Source: an uncultured delta proteobacterium
GTDB taxonomy: Bacteria; Myxococcota_A; Polyangia; Polyangiales; Houyiibacteriaceae
DNA: 64,000 nucleotides
Reading direction: 5' to 3'
Assembly (NCBI GenBank): GCA_963699755.1
Contig: CAVOVB010000005.1
Coordinates: forward strand, 160,001 to 224,000
Below, piece by piece: positions 9,272 through 19,368 of the stretch. The notes below the pieces were generated by a model. It was not told where the DNA came from, ran no database searches, and saw only the letters and a list, made by a program, of their open reading frames with translations. The position numbers and the translations under genes are program-made. Within the stretch, counting starts at the first letter, position 1. Every line of letters starts with the position of its first letter.

Positions 9272-10216
9272 TCAGGGATGAAACGATGGGTGAACGGAGT
9301 CTCGGGGTCGCACGATGGGCTGCGTTCGAACGCTATACGACAACTCCACCGAAGGACGAGCATCGTCGATGCCATGGCCACGGCCAGCAAGCGTCTCCCG
9401 ATAGACCGTCGTGTGCAAGTCGCGGAATCCAGTCGAAAACTCGATCTCCTCGTCGTCCATCAGCACCGAACGATATGCGTGCCCACCCTCAGCCTGCACC
9501 TGTTCTGGAAGATCATTCTCGTCGATCGACAGAAACCAGCGCACGTTGGCGTGCTCGAGCTCCATCACACCGCTCACGCGATCAGGTTCGCGAGCGTGAA
9601 TCTCCAAGTTGGATACGCTTCCAAAGACCCAGAGCATCATATCGAAGAGGTGAATGCCGATATTCATGGCAAGCCCGCCTGACTTCTCCTCCGAGCCCTT
9701 CCATGAGTTATGGTACCAGCGTCCTCGGCGCGTGATATAGCTCAGCACGACGTCTCTCTTGGTCGAAGGCGGGTTCTGCTCGATTTGTTTCTTGAGCGCG
9801 ACCAAGGTCGGGAGATGGCGCAACTGCAAGACGGTCCGAATGCGCGTATCGTATTCCTGCTCTAGCGCCTGAAGCTGGTCGAGGTTCCAGGGGTTGATCA
9901 CCAGCGGCTTCTCGCAAATGGCATGCGCGTTGACGCGCAAGGCCAGTCGCACGTGGGCATCGTGAAGATAGTTCGGCGAACAGATGCTCACGTAGTTGAC
10001 TGCGTTCGCAGCGCCTTCGCGACGTCGCTTCTCGAGAAACCGGTCAAAGCGCTCGATCTCCGTGAAGAACCGAGCATCCGGGAAGTAGTTGTCCATCATT
10101 CCGACGGAATCATGAGGGTCACAGGCCGCGATCAACCTGTTGCCAGTATCCCGAATGGCCGCCAGGTGCCGCGGTGCGACGAAGCCGCCTACCCCCAGCA
10201 GCGCGAAATTTGCCAT
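9272..10216 (-). CDS. wbpB: Gfo/Idh/MocA oxidoreductase, UDP-GlcNAcA 3-dehydrogenase (WbpB/WlbA-like)
   Basis: MANFALLGVGGFVAPRHL, ICSPNYLHDAH, ICEKPL, SWKG..KSGG..NIGIH; start ATG 10216. Confidence 0.8.
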   Translation of the reverse strand: MANFALLGVGGFVAPRHLAAIRDTGNRLIAACDPHDSVGMMDNYFPDARFFTEIERFDRFLEKRRREGAANAVNYVSICSPNYLHDAHVRLALRVNAHAICEKPLVINPWNLDQLQALEQEYDTRIRTVLQLRHLPTLVALKKQIEQNPPSTKRDVVLSYITRRGRWYHNSWKGSEEKSGGLAMNIGIHLFDMMLWVFGSVSNLEIHAREPDRVSGVMELEHANVRWFLSIDENDLPEQVQAEGGHAYRSVLMDDEEIEFSTGFRDLHTTVYRETLAGRGHGIDDARPSVELSYSVRTQPIVRPRDSVHPSFHP

Positions 10217-10345
10217 GCGAGTCCCCCACCCGAAAGAGTTCCAGTCATCGGGGGTAAAGTAGTCCAGGCTGCAGACATGTGCATCCGCAATCCGGCGACG
10301 TATTTGTTCATCGCGTTTTCGTTGAAATGGCCTAAGTAAGACGGC

Positions 10346-11554
10346 GTGACCTCCGTGCCAGTGCTGGGCGATGCCATCGCGGGCAGCCGCAGCAGTAAGT
10401 CCATTCACCTCCCCGGCTTGAATGGGGTGCGCTTCTGGGCTGCTTTTCTGGTGCTCCTGGATCACCTCGAGCTGTTCAAACCCTATTTCGGCATCACCCC
10501 ATTTTGGTCCGAAGCGCACAGTGCGCACCTTGGCAGGACGGGTGTCACCGTCTTCTTCGTGCTCAGCGGGTTCCTGATCACCTACCTATTGCTAAAGGAA
10601 AGGGACCTCGGCGGCATCGGCATCCGCAACTTCTACGTCCGGCGGATCCTGCGGATTTGGCCGCTGTACTACCTGATCGTGGCACTCTGCTTCTTCGTTG
10701 CTCCCTACATCGGGGTTCTGCAAGTGGAGGGCTACGCAGAGCCCGTGCACAACGACCTCGCTGCCAAGCTCTTCCTATTCGTGGCCATGATGGCCAACGT
10801 CGCCTTCGTCCTTCTTCCAACCGTGCCCTTCGGCAACGTGCTGTGGTCGGTCGCGGTGGAGGAACAGTTTTACTTGTTCTGGCCGCACTTGATGAAGCGC
10901 GCCGCCAACGTATTGCGCGGGATGCTGATCGCGCTGGGCGTTTACATGCTCGCGAAGCTGGTGCTCGTGGTTCTCCTAGGCCCGCTGAACGCGCACTGGG
11001 CGGGGATCCTGCTCCACTTGCTGGACCGCACTCGCTTCTCTTCCATGATCATCGGAGCCATCGGCGCCTACGCGGTCCATGCCGCCTGGGAACCGCTTCT
11101 GTCTTTCGTGTTCCGTCCGCTCGTGCAGCTGCTGGCCTGGGCGCTGATGCTCCTCGGCACGATCATACCGGGACGCGGGGCCGTCTTTGGTCTGATCGGC
11201 AACGAGCTCACCTCAGTCGTGGTGATCGTGCTCTTGTTGAACCTTGCCTTCAATGCCCGCAGTATCTTGAGGCTGGAGAACCCGGTGCTCGACAGGCTCG
11301 GGCGTATTTCCTACGGGCTATATGTATACCACCTCTTCGCAGTGGTGCTCTGCACTCGGGCCTTTGTGCCACTTTACGCAGCCTATCCGGATGGAGAGAT
11401 ATTCCTGGGAGCGCTGTTGTTGCTCGCCACCACGGCACTGACCGCAGGCATCGCCCAGTTCTCCTATCGACGTTTCGAGCTGCCCTTCCTTAGGAAGAAG
11501 AAGAAGTACTCCACCATCATCAGCGGGGACTTGGTGAACAACGAACAAGAGTAA
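10346..11554 (+). CDS. Acyltransferase family 3 (OafA/YrhL-like O-acyltransferase)
   Basis: LNGVRF, GVTVFFVLSGFLIT, FYVRRILRIWPLYY, WSVAVEEQFY, GRISYGLYVYH. Confidence 0.9.
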   Translation: MTSVPVLGDAIAGSRSSKSIHLPGLNGVRFWAAFLVLLDHLELFKPYFGITPFWSEAHSAHLGRTGVTVFFVLSGFLITYLLLKERDLGGIGIRNFYVRRILRIWPLYYLIVALCFFVAPYIGVLQVEGYAEPVHNDLAAKLFLFVAMMANVAFVLLPTVPFGNVLWSVAVEEQFYLFWPHLMKRAANVLRGMLIALGVYMLAKLVLVVLLGPLNAHWAGILLHLLDRTRFSSMIIGAIGAYAVHAAWEPLLSFVFRPLVQLLAWALMLLGTIIPGRGAVFGLIGNELTSVVVIVLLLNLAFNARSILRLENPVLDRLGRISYGLYVYHLFAVVLCTRAFVPLYAAYPDGEIFLGALLLLATTALTAGIAQFSYRRFELPFLRKKKKYSTIISGDLVNNEQE

Positions 11555-11592
11555 ATCACCCCTAGGTAGACGACCTAGCCCGGCAATGCGAT

Positions 11593-12807
11593 CTAGCCGC
11601 CGCTACCGATCAGAGCTTGATAGATCTCGCGGTACCGCGGGACGACCACCTCGTCCAAACCCAGCCACCGACGTGTTGCGTCACGGCATCTCTCTTTGAT
11701 TTCTGGGTCTTTCAACATTTCCCCCAAGTCTCTCGCCGCTTGCCGATACGCGTCACGCTCTCCGTTCTGGACCACCACACCGATCGCCTCGGATTGAATG
11801 AGACTGTCGTAGTCGCCGCATCCCGAAGTCGAAGCGACCGGAAGGCCGCAAGCAAGATACTCGCCGAGCTTGATGGGCGAGCACGCGAGCTTCGACGAGA
11901 ACGGTCGCAAAAAACACAACCCGACGTCTGCGCTGCTCAGATAGGCCGGCATCTCAGCGGGAGGCACCGCGCGCGAAACAAGAGGAACGCCGGCGCGCTC
12001 GCACAGTCCGGCAAACACGGCCGGATCATCGCCCGTGAGGACCAGTAGGGTCAGTGGGTCGAATACTTCCTTCGCCGCGGCCACGAAGGCTACCATCTCC
12101 TCGGTGTCGTACCATCCGCCCGCTTTGCCGGCGTACACGAATACCGTGCCCGTCAAGCCTAGCGCCTCGCGGATCTCCTCGCGCCCTTCGCTCACGGGTC
12201 GAAAGCGCTTCAGATCCACCGCACATGGCAAAATGTAGACGGGCGCCTCATGCGACCACGGCGCGACTTCGCGTTTGCGATAGCTGGTCAGTACGGCCAC
12301 GACGTCGGCAAGCTCTATGGCGCGCCGTTCACCCCAGGCGGTCAGCCGATGCCCAAGCGAGCCTTCCTTCCACACCCCTGCATCGACGTACTCCTGCGAG
12401 AGCGGGCCGTCGGCGTCCACGAACAGCCGGGTTCCGGCAAGCTTTGCCACCAACACGGCAATGGCACCGGGAACCGAGGCCCGGCCGTGAACGACGCTTG
12501 CGTGCGAGCGCTTCGCCAAGCGCGTCGCCACCAGGCTCCCGACACCAATGTCGTAGAGCGTCGAAAGCAGTGGTGGTCGTTTGTGATAGCGGATGGGATG
12601 CCAGTCGATTCCCTGGCCCGCGAGCTCACGACGCTTCGCTTCGCTCTCGTCTTGGGTCATGCGCCAGCGTGGCTGCTCGAACGTGATCAGCCCGACCTTG
12701 TATCCATCGCGGGCCAAAGCCAGGAGGTAGGGAAGGCTCTGGCTCTGACACAAAGGGTCGAGCAGGCTCCAATAGGTAATGTAGACGGTGTCAAGACGCT
12801 CTTGCAT
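11593..12807 (-). CDS. Glycosyltransferase family 4
   Basis: SPIKLGEYLACGLP, YAGKAGGWY. Confidence 0.85.
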   Translation of the reverse strand: MQERLDTVYITYWSLLDPLCQSQSLPYLLALARDGYKVGLITFEQPRWRMTQDESEAKRRELAGQGIDWHPIRYHKRPPLLSTLYDIGVGSLVATRLAKRSHASVVHGRASVPGAIAVLVAKLAGTRLFVDADGPLSQEYVDAGVWKEGSLGHRLTAWGERRAIELADVVAVLTSYRKREVAPWSHEAPVYILPCAVDLKRFRPVSEGREEIREALGLTGTVFVYAGKAGGWYDTEEMVAFVAAAKEVFDPLTLLVLTGDDPAVFAGLCERAGVPLVSRAVPPAEMPAYLSSADVGLCFLRPFSSKLACSPIKLGEYLACGLPVASTSGCGDYDSLIQSEAIGVVVQNGERDAYRQAARDLGEMLKDPEIKERCRDATRRWLGLDEVVVPRYREIYQALIGSGG

Positions 12808-13918
12808 GCCCGAGGGTTTCTTCGAAATACTGTGCGAGCCGAGGCCCCTGCCGCTCGAGGCAGTATTGTGTTTCGACCAGCCTTCGACCGTTCTGAGAGA
12901 GTTTCTTGCGGAGCTCTCGCGACTCGAGAAGGGCCTTCAGATGCCGGTACCAATCCTCCGTGCTTCGGGCGACGAGCCCGTTTTCGCCATCGACGACGAA
13001 ATCCCGAGCCCCACCCACCCAGGAAGAAACACAGGGCACGCCGACGGCCATGAACTGGAGCTGCTTGAAACCGCATTTCCCCTCGTACACCGGCTCGCTA
13101 TGCATGGGCGCAAGCCCTATGTCCATCCGTTGGAACTCTTGAATCTCTTCATGGAGCTTCCAGGGTCGCAACTGCACATCCGCCGCGTCGAGCGCGAAGT
13201 CGTCGCCAGCTCCGACCACGTGAATCTCAAAGTCATGCCCCTCCGCGCGAAGTTGCCGCAGGGCTGGCTCGACCAGCTCGAGTTGGTGCGCCGTGGAGTG
13301 GGAGCCCACCCATCCGATTCGCGGAGCGCTGTGAGCGCGAAGCTCGCCGTCGAGTCGACCAGGCAAGGGGGTCCAGGTCGCGGAAGAAACCACGGTCGGC
13401 ACGACCTCGACTCTAGGGTTGACCTCCCGCGCGCGGCGGGCGAGGTAGTTCGAGCCTGCAATGATGCATGCGGCGTGTCGCATCGTGTACCAGCACTTGC
13501 TCGGATTCTTGAGCAAGCGTGCAGCGATCGGATGCGTCGACCTCGGTAGGTCGAAATGCCAGATTGCGTCGTCAAAATCGAAGATGATCGGCACGCCCTT
13601 GAGCGACCCGAGGATGAACTCCGTATAGGCCGGGCCGACCAACGCGGCCTCGCGCTGGATGAAGACAGCGTCGATGCCTGGGGTCCCGACTGCCAATGCG
13701 ACCCTGCGGAGTGAACGGGACGCGAGATACGTCGCCTTCTCGAGTCGGTTTCCCTTCGCATAGAAGCCACTAAAGAAGTCGTCTTCGACGAAGGGCTCGA
13801 AACGCACGTCCCAACCGCGGGCCTTCAAGTAGGGCAGCATCTGCGTCAGGCGGAAGCGTGTCGCACCGGAACGCTCCGGATAAGCGGCCAAGGCGAGAAT
13901 TCTTGGCTGCCGACTCAC
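12791..13918 (-). CDS. Glycosyltransferase family 4
   Basis: ATRFRL, FDFDDAIW, IGWVGS, DIGLAP...GKCGFKQLQFMAVGVP; GTG 13918 overlaps the upstream TGA. Confidence 0.85.
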   Translation of the reverse strand: MSRQPRILALAAYPERSGATRFRLTQMLPYLKARGWDVRFEPFVEDDFFSGFYAKGNRLEKATYLASRSLRRVALAVGTPGIDAVFIQREAALVGPAYTEFILGSLKGVPIIFDFDDAIWHFDLPRSTHPIAARLLKNPSKCWYTMRHAACIIAGSNYLARRAREVNPRVEVVPTVVSSATWTPLPGRLDGELRAHSAPRIGWVGSHSTAHQLELVEPALRQLRAEGHDFEIHVVGAGDDFALDAADVQLRPWKLHEEIQEFQRMDIGLAPMHSEPVYEGKCGFKQLQFMAVGVPCVSSWVGGARDFVVDGENGLVARSTEDWYRHLKALLESRELRKKLSQNGRRLVETQYCLERQGPRLAQYFEETLGHARAS

Positions 13919-14892
13919 GCTTGACTCCGAGCCTCTCGAGCCGCTTCCCCCATGTTGTGACTCGGCCAAAGGAGGCGCTCACGAAGCAGGCGATACTCGT
14001 CGAGCAGTTCGTTCAGAGTGGCCAAGTTCTCGCCCGTGTGCGTCCCGAAGTTGTGTGGATGCCACCAGAGATGGAAGTCGCGTCCTCGCCGGGCCGCTTC
14101 CCGCATCGCACGTTTGATCCGATGGATCCGCATCGGCTCGAGCCGGCGTCGCAGGGCAGAGTAAGGCCGAAGGAATAGACCCGCTCGAAGCGGCACGAGC
14201 CCGCTGGGGTCGGAATGGGGCTCGTCTCCGTGAGACCCCCCAACGGGAAGGTAGCTGTCGAGCAAGCGCAAACCCCGATGCGCGAGATTCTCTTCGCCGG
14301 CTCGACGCGGTCGATAGGGAAAGAACCTGGGCGGGATTCGGTAGGCTTCCACACCCTGCCGCACCAACGCGGCGTTGTACGCTGGATTGTACTGACCACG
14401 CGGGAAGACGAGTGACTTCGTCACCTTGCCGAACGGCTCGCCTATGGCGGCCGCAGCCTGAAGATCCGCTTCGAAGGTTTTCTCTGTCTGCCCAGCCTCG
14501 AGGCAGTAGTAGTGGGAAAACGTATGCGAGGCGATCTCCTGCCCTGGCGTCTGTGCGATGGTCTGAAGGAGCGACGGCGCATAGTGGAACGGATCGCTCC
14601 GCTCGTCCTCGCCGATTTCGTCCAGCAACGAATAGGGGTCGAGCCGAGGTTCTGCGTAGGACGGACGAATTTCAGGCAAGTGGTCCAGGAGGTGACGCTT
14701 GTTGCGAGCGAATAGGAAACCAACGGTCGCCCAGGTCGCGTGCACCTCGTGCTCTTCGAAGCTTCGTAGCACGTCCGGAATCGCATCACGCGCGCGAAGG
14801 AAATAGTCCCTCTTCTCCGACAGACGCACGACGTCACGGACTCCCCAATGAAGCTCGAAGTCCAGTGAGATGATGAAGCTTCCGCGCCCCAT
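13915..14892 (-). CDS. Polysaccharide deacetylase family protein
   Basis: ISLDFELHWG, ATWATVG, EIASHTFSHYY, FHLWWHPHNFG. Confidence 0.85.
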   Translation of the reverse strand: MGRGSFIISLDFELHWGVRDVVRLSEKRDYFLRARDAIPDVLRSFEEHEVHATWATVGFLFARNKRHLLDHLPEIRPSYAEPRLDPYSLLDEIGEDERSDPFHYAPSLLQTIAQTPGQEIASHTFSHYYCLEAGQTEKTFEADLQAAAAIGEPFGKVTKSLVFPRGQYNPAYNAALVRQGVEAYRIPPRFFPYRPRRAGEENLAHRGLRLLDSYLPVGGSHGDEPHSDPSGLVPLRAGLFLRPYSALRRRLEPMRIHRIKRAMREAARRGRDFHLWWHPHNFGTHTGENLATLNELLDEYRLLRERLLWPSHNMGEAAREARSQA

Positions 14893-15947
14893 CAGACCGT
14901 GTCCGAATCGCAGTAACTGATATACCAGCTTCGCCGATCTCTCAGCACGTCCGCCAGGGACTCATCGAGCGGACGAACGCCAATGTGAAGCTCGATGGGA
15001 CGAAGCTTCTCCGGAAGTGGCAGGAACCCGACCTCGGAATAGGCCTTGGCGTTTGGAGAGTGCCCAAAGCTCCAAGCCAGAACCGCATCAGCCCCATCGG
15101 ACGCCATACGGCCGAGACACTCAGCCAGCAGCGCCGCACCGAGCTGATGACACCCCGGCTCGTACAGGAGCTCGATCAGATATCCGATCCGTCCGCCGTG
15201 CTTGTCGACCGTCGTGTACGCACAAAAGGCGACGAGCTGCCCTTCCTGGTAGACGCCGAGGCACGCATATTGCTCGCCGGGCTTGCCGAGCCGCCACCGC
15301 AGATAGGCGGCATCTCGATCGACGGCGACCATTACGCCTGAAGCGAACCGAGTCCAAAGCTCATCCAGCTCGGGGCCGAGCTCAGTCATCAGGCGGAGCT
15401 CCTGGTTTGCTTGTAGCTTCGGGCCTCCAATCGGAAGACGTAGATCAGGCATCCGACTCAGCCAGCGACCGAACGGTAGCTTCGAGGCAACGAATGCAGT
15501 GCGCAGCGGCTTCACGAGGAAGGGAACGGGATCGAGAGGCGACCAGCCTAGCTTCCCGAAAAAGCCGGGCGCCGAATTCGCATTGGGAAAGCCATATACG
15601 AAGGCCCCGCCGCGATCGTGAAACCTCTGATACACAGCCTCCGCCGTCTTGGTGAAGAGGCCCCGTCCGCGGAAGTCTGCGTCGACCAAGGTGTCCACGG
15701 ACTGGGCGGCCAACATGCGCGCTCCTCGAACCCTGACGAATGCAGGCTGGACGGCATAGATCCCTGCGATTCGTTCCCCGGACACGGCCAGGTCGACGAA
15801 CAGCTCTTGGCTCGGATTCTCGAGGTACTGCCAGCGAAGCGCTTCGATTCGGCGCGGCGTTCCATTGCGCTCGAAGCACTCCCCGAATGCGACGAGGTCC
15901 GCCTCGCCAGCCTGCATTGCACGCAACTCGAGCGGCGCAGTCATCAC
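14892..15947 (-). CDS. GNAT family N-acetyltransferase
   Basis: LRWQYLENP, DTLVDADFRGRGLF acetyl-CoA motif, YGFPNANS. Confidence 0.8.
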   Translation of the reverse strand: MMTAPLELRAMQAGEADLVAFGECFERNGTPRRIEALRWQYLENPSQELFVDLAVSGERIAGIYAVQPAFVRVRGARMLAAQSVDTLVDADFRGRGLFTKTAEAVYQRFHDRGGAFVYGFPNANSAPGFFGKLGWSPLDPVPFLVKPLRTAFVASKLPFGRWLSRMPDLRLPIGGPKLQANQELRLMTELGPELDELWTRFASGVMVAVDRDAAYLRWRLGKPGEQYACLGVYQEGQLVAFCAYTTVDKHGGRIGYLIELLYEPGCHQLGAALLAECLGRMASDGADAVLAWSFGHSPNAKAYSEVGFLPLPEKLRPIELHIGVRPLDESLADVLRDRRSWYISYCDSDTV

Positions 15948-17263
15948 GCCGCGCCTAGCACGCTTCGCGGGTTGCTGCGAACGTCGCTTGCGGGAGAACG
16001 AACGCTAGCCGGCCGCCGCAAGACGAACAGCAAGAGTGCGAAGAAAGGTAGGATGGGGCTGCGATATCTCGACAGGGTTCCAAGGTTGGTGGACGCGAGT
16101 CCTACCGCGATGCCAAACGAGACCACGAACACGATACAGAAGACCAGAAACGGATCATCCATGATCTGTCGACGAATAGCCCCGAGGTTCCGCGTGAGAA
16201 GGATTCGGGCGAACAACACCGTGAGCACCGTGGTCTCGAGGGCATTGGCGAGCATCAGCAGACCGCGCGCCTCGAAGATGACGGGGCGAAAAAGAGATGT
16301 CAGGAGCGCCACCGGTGCGTATACGAGCTGGGCGCCAAGCGTAGTTGGAATCTCGGCGCCCAATGCGTAGTTGCTGCCGGCGCGCAAACCCCGACCAACC
16401 TGCTGAAGCTCATAGGTGTGGATGCTGAAAGTGTCTGCAGCGTACTCGGGGAACTGCTGGCCGAGTAAGACGATACCGCCGACTCCAAGTGCGGAGGCGA
16501 TTGCGAAGGCGGCGGGGCGAATGCGAAGCCGGCCGCGCCTAAGACTGCGCGCCCAGTAGTACCAACTGCCCACGGCGAGAACGAGCGGAAACATGATGTA
16601 AGGCTTGATGAGCATGATCGGTATGGCGCCGAGCCCCATGAGCACCCAGCCTGGAACCGCACGGCCCTCACCAATCCAAAGATGAACGCCATAGAGAATC
16701 CAGCCGAAGCCAGCGACTGCTACGGCCTCTTTGATCAAGCCCGAAGACCAGAATACGAATGACGGTACGAAAAGCGTCGCGATCGCCACGGGCCAACGGA
16801 GCGTCGGATCGACGTTCGCGCGAAAGGCGCGGTACATCGCGAGCTTTCCGCATAGCGACAACATCGCGAAGGCGATGCATGTGGCGTATTTCGACGGACC
16901 AATGAGATAGAACGACCAGGCAGCCAGCGCTGACATGGAACCGGTAGCTGTCCCCGCGCCGATGATTGTCATTGGAAGATGGGGTAATCCGTGAAGCAAT
17001 AGCGTCGTCACCTCCGGGATGACGTGAAGCGGGTCCCGCTCCATCATCCGCGCCAGGATCTCCCCGTAGCTGAAGTACAAGAACATGTCGCTGCTGCCGT
17101 AAAAGCTCAAAACGATCGGCACCTGCGAACAGGCGAAGCCGAAGTGCATGAAGAACGTGGCGGTCACCCATTTTCGCTCGCGGCGCGAGAGACCCACGGA
17201 GGAGAGCGCGACGAGGACGGCGCCCGCCACCGTCACGAGTAATACAGGAAGAAGTTCGTTCAT
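15944..17263 (-). CDS. Polytopic membrane protein, probable Wzy-type polysaccharide polymerase
   Basis: About 11 TM segments, PSFVFWSSGLIKE, NLGTLSRYR; located in the glycan operon. Confidence 0.6.
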   Translation of the reverse strand: MNELLPVLLVTVAGAVLVALSSVGLSRRERKWVTATFFMHFGFACSQVPIVLSFYGSSDMFLYFSYGEILARMMERDPLHVIPEVTTLLLHGLPHLPMTIIGAGTATGSMSALAAWSFYLIGPSKYATCIAFAMLSLCGKLAMYRAFRANVDPTLRWPVAIATLFVPSFVFWSSGLIKEAVAVAGFGWILYGVHLWIGEGRAVPGWVLMGLGAIPIMLIKPYIMFPLVLAVGSWYYWARSLRRGRLRIRPAAFAIASALGVGGIVLLGQQFPEYAADTFSIHTYELQQVGRGLRAGSNYALGAEIPTTLGAQLVYAPVALLTSLFRPVIFEARGLLMLANALETTVLTVLFARILLTRNLGAIRRQIMDDPFLVFCIVFVVSFGIAVGLASTNLGTLSRYRSPILPFFALLLFVLRRPASVRSPASDVRSNPRSVLGAA

Positions 17264-17293
17264 CGCTCCATCGTCAATCTAGTACCGTCTGAC

Positions 17294-19237
17294 CTACACC
17301 TCGAGATGCCTGCGGTTGGCCTGCCACCAGGACTGGAACATCAAGATAGCCCAGAGCCGGTGCTCGTGGTTCCCGCGCCCCGCTTGGTGTGCTTTCCAAG
17401 TATCGGTCACGACGTCAGGCTCGAAGATGCCCCCCTCTTCGAGTCGATTCTCATCCAGCAAATCCGCGGCCCAGTCCTCGAGGGGACCGCGGAGCCATTG
17501 CCCCACGGGCACCCCGAACCCAGTCTTCGGTCGGTCGAAAAGACTTGGTGGAACGTGTCGAGCGAGAACCTGCCGCAAGATCCACTTCTGGGTCCGGCCC
17601 CGGATCTTCCATTTCAGCGGAAGTCTCCAGGCGAATTCCACGACCTCGTGGTCGAGCAGTGGGACGCGCGTCTCGAGGGATACGGCCATGGAAGCTCGGT
17701 CGACTTTCGTGAGAATGTCGTCAGGCAGATACCTGATCAGGTCGTAGAACATCATCTGCTGCACGAACGAGCCGTCGAAGCCATCGATCGCGACTCGGGT
17801 GTCCAGCACCCTGGCACCGGCCATCACCTGGGCTGGATCGGTCCAATGAGACCGAAGTCGCTCGTAGAATTCACGCGGCGTCTGGACCTCAGCAAGCGTG
17901 GCGACCTTGTACAGCTTGTCCCCCGGAAGCCTGAGCACCTCGCCCAATCCCAGGGCGCGGAACGCTCGGTCCCAGTCGTCGACCCGGAGCAGTCGGAGGG
18001 CTCCAAACGCGTTCTTAGCGCCCCTAGGGAGACGATTGGCAAGCTCCCAGAGCCGCGGAGCCCAAGCGTGGCGGTTGTACCCCGCGAAGAGCTCATCACC
18101 ACCATCGCCCGAGAGTGACACCTTGACGTGCGCGCGGGTGAGTCGCGACACGAGGAAGGTCGGGATCTGCGAAGAGTCCGCAAACGGCTCATCCCAATGA
18201 TGCGCTACCTCTGGGACCACGGCCAACATGTCAGAGGGGTCGGCGATCAGAGTGTGGTGCTCGCAGCGCAAGTGTGCGGCGACAGCTTTCGCGTGGCTCG
18301 ACTCGTCGTATCCGGAAACGGTGTTTCCGATGCAGAAGGTCCTCACCGGTTTCGAAGCACCCTGCTGCATCATCGCCACGACCGTGGACGAGTCGATGCC
18401 TCCGGATAGGAACGCTCCAAACGGCACATCGGAGCGCATACGCAGAGCAACCGATTGTTGGATCAGCCTCTCGAGCTCGTCGATCGCATCTTCTTGGCTT
18501 CCCTCGAAGGGATCCGCCAGCCCCTTGGACGCGACTTCTCCTGCGTCCCAGAAACTCTCAGCCGTACCCATGCTCTGAGGTCTGTCGAACTGGACAATCG
18601 TCCCTGGCTTCACCTTCTGAACTCCCTCCACGATGCACTCGTTGTCAGGGACAACACCGAATCGAAGAAAAGAGGCTAGAGCCGAGCGGTCGAGCCGCGG
18701 CTTAAATGTCGGGAGCTCGTAGAGCGCCTGGAGCTCGGAGGCGAACGCGATACCGAAGCTGCCTTTCACGTATAAGAGAGGCTTAATTCCGAGGCGATCT
18801 CGGACGAGGGACAGACGCCGCGTTTCGCCGTCCCAGAGCGCGAAGGCAAACATGCCGCGGAACTGCTCTAGAGCCCTTCGAACGCCGAAAGCCTCAACCG
18901 CCTCAAGCAGCACCTCTGTGTCGGAGTGCCCTCGCCATTCGATACGAAACCCTCGACGTTCGAGGTCAGCCCGAATTTCCGGCGCGTTGTAAACCTCCCC
19001 GTTGAAGGTGATGCAATAACGACCTGAATGTGACCACATCGGTTGTTGACCCCGCTCGCTGAGGTCGAGGATCGACAACCTTCGGTGCCCGAAGCCGATG
19101 CCCGTCTCACCATCGAAGAAGATTCCGGACGCATCCGGACCACGATGAGCGAGCGTTTCCGCCATTCGCTCGATCCAATGCCGGACATTCTGCTCGGCGG
19201 CCGAACCCGCGAACCACAATCCCGTTATCCCGCACAT
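17294..19237 (-). CDS. asnB: Asparagine synthase (glutamine-hydrolysing), polysaccharide amidotransferase type
   Basis: MCGITG Ntn start at 19237, HRGPD, GHRRLSILDL, NGEVYN, RDRLGIKPL, FLSGGIDSS, SGDGGDELFAGY. Confidence 0.93.
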   Translation of the reverse strand: MCGITGLWFAGSAAEQNVRHWIERMAETLAHRGPDASGIFFDGETGIGFGHRRLSILDLSERGQQPMWSHSGRYCITFNGEVYNAPEIRADLERRGFRIEWRGHSDTEVLLEAVEAFGVRRALEQFRGMFAFALWDGETRRLSLVRDRLGIKPLLYVKGSFGIAFASELQALYELPTFKPRLDRSALASFLRFGVVPDNECIVEGVQKVKPGTIVQFDRPQSMGTAESFWDAGEVASKGLADPFEGSQEDAIDELERLIQQSVALRMRSDVPFGAFLSGGIDSSTVVAMMQQGASKPVRTFCIGNTVSGYDESSHAKAVAAHLRCEHHTLIADPSDMLAVVPEVAHHWDEPFADSSQIPTFLVSRLTRAHVKVSLSGDGGDELFAGYNRHAWAPRLWELANRLPRGAKNAFGALRLLRVDDWDRAFRALGLGEVLRLPGDKLYKVATLAEVQTPREFYERLRSHWTDPAQVMAGARVLDTRVAIDGFDGSFVQQMMFYDLIRYLPDDILTKVDRASMAVSLETRVPLLDHEVVEFAWRLPLKWKIRGRTQKWILRQVLARHVPPSLFDRPKTGFGVPVGQWLRGPLEDWAADLLDENRLEEGGIFEPDVVTDTWKAHQAGRGNHEHRLWAILMFQSWWQANRRHLEV

Positions 19238-19368
19238 GTCGGTTGGTAGCCCCTCGAAGCAGCCCACTACTTCACAATGGCTCGAACATAGCTGCATCCA
19301 GACCAATGGGCACGCCCAGCAAATTGGGGCTTTGAGTCGGCTACACGGATGGTCTAGCCTCCGCACGC

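Noticed and set aside
11562..11578. CTAGGT-N5-ACCTAG hairpin between convergent genes
   Set aside because: Only a 6-bp stem with no U tract; too weak to call a terminator
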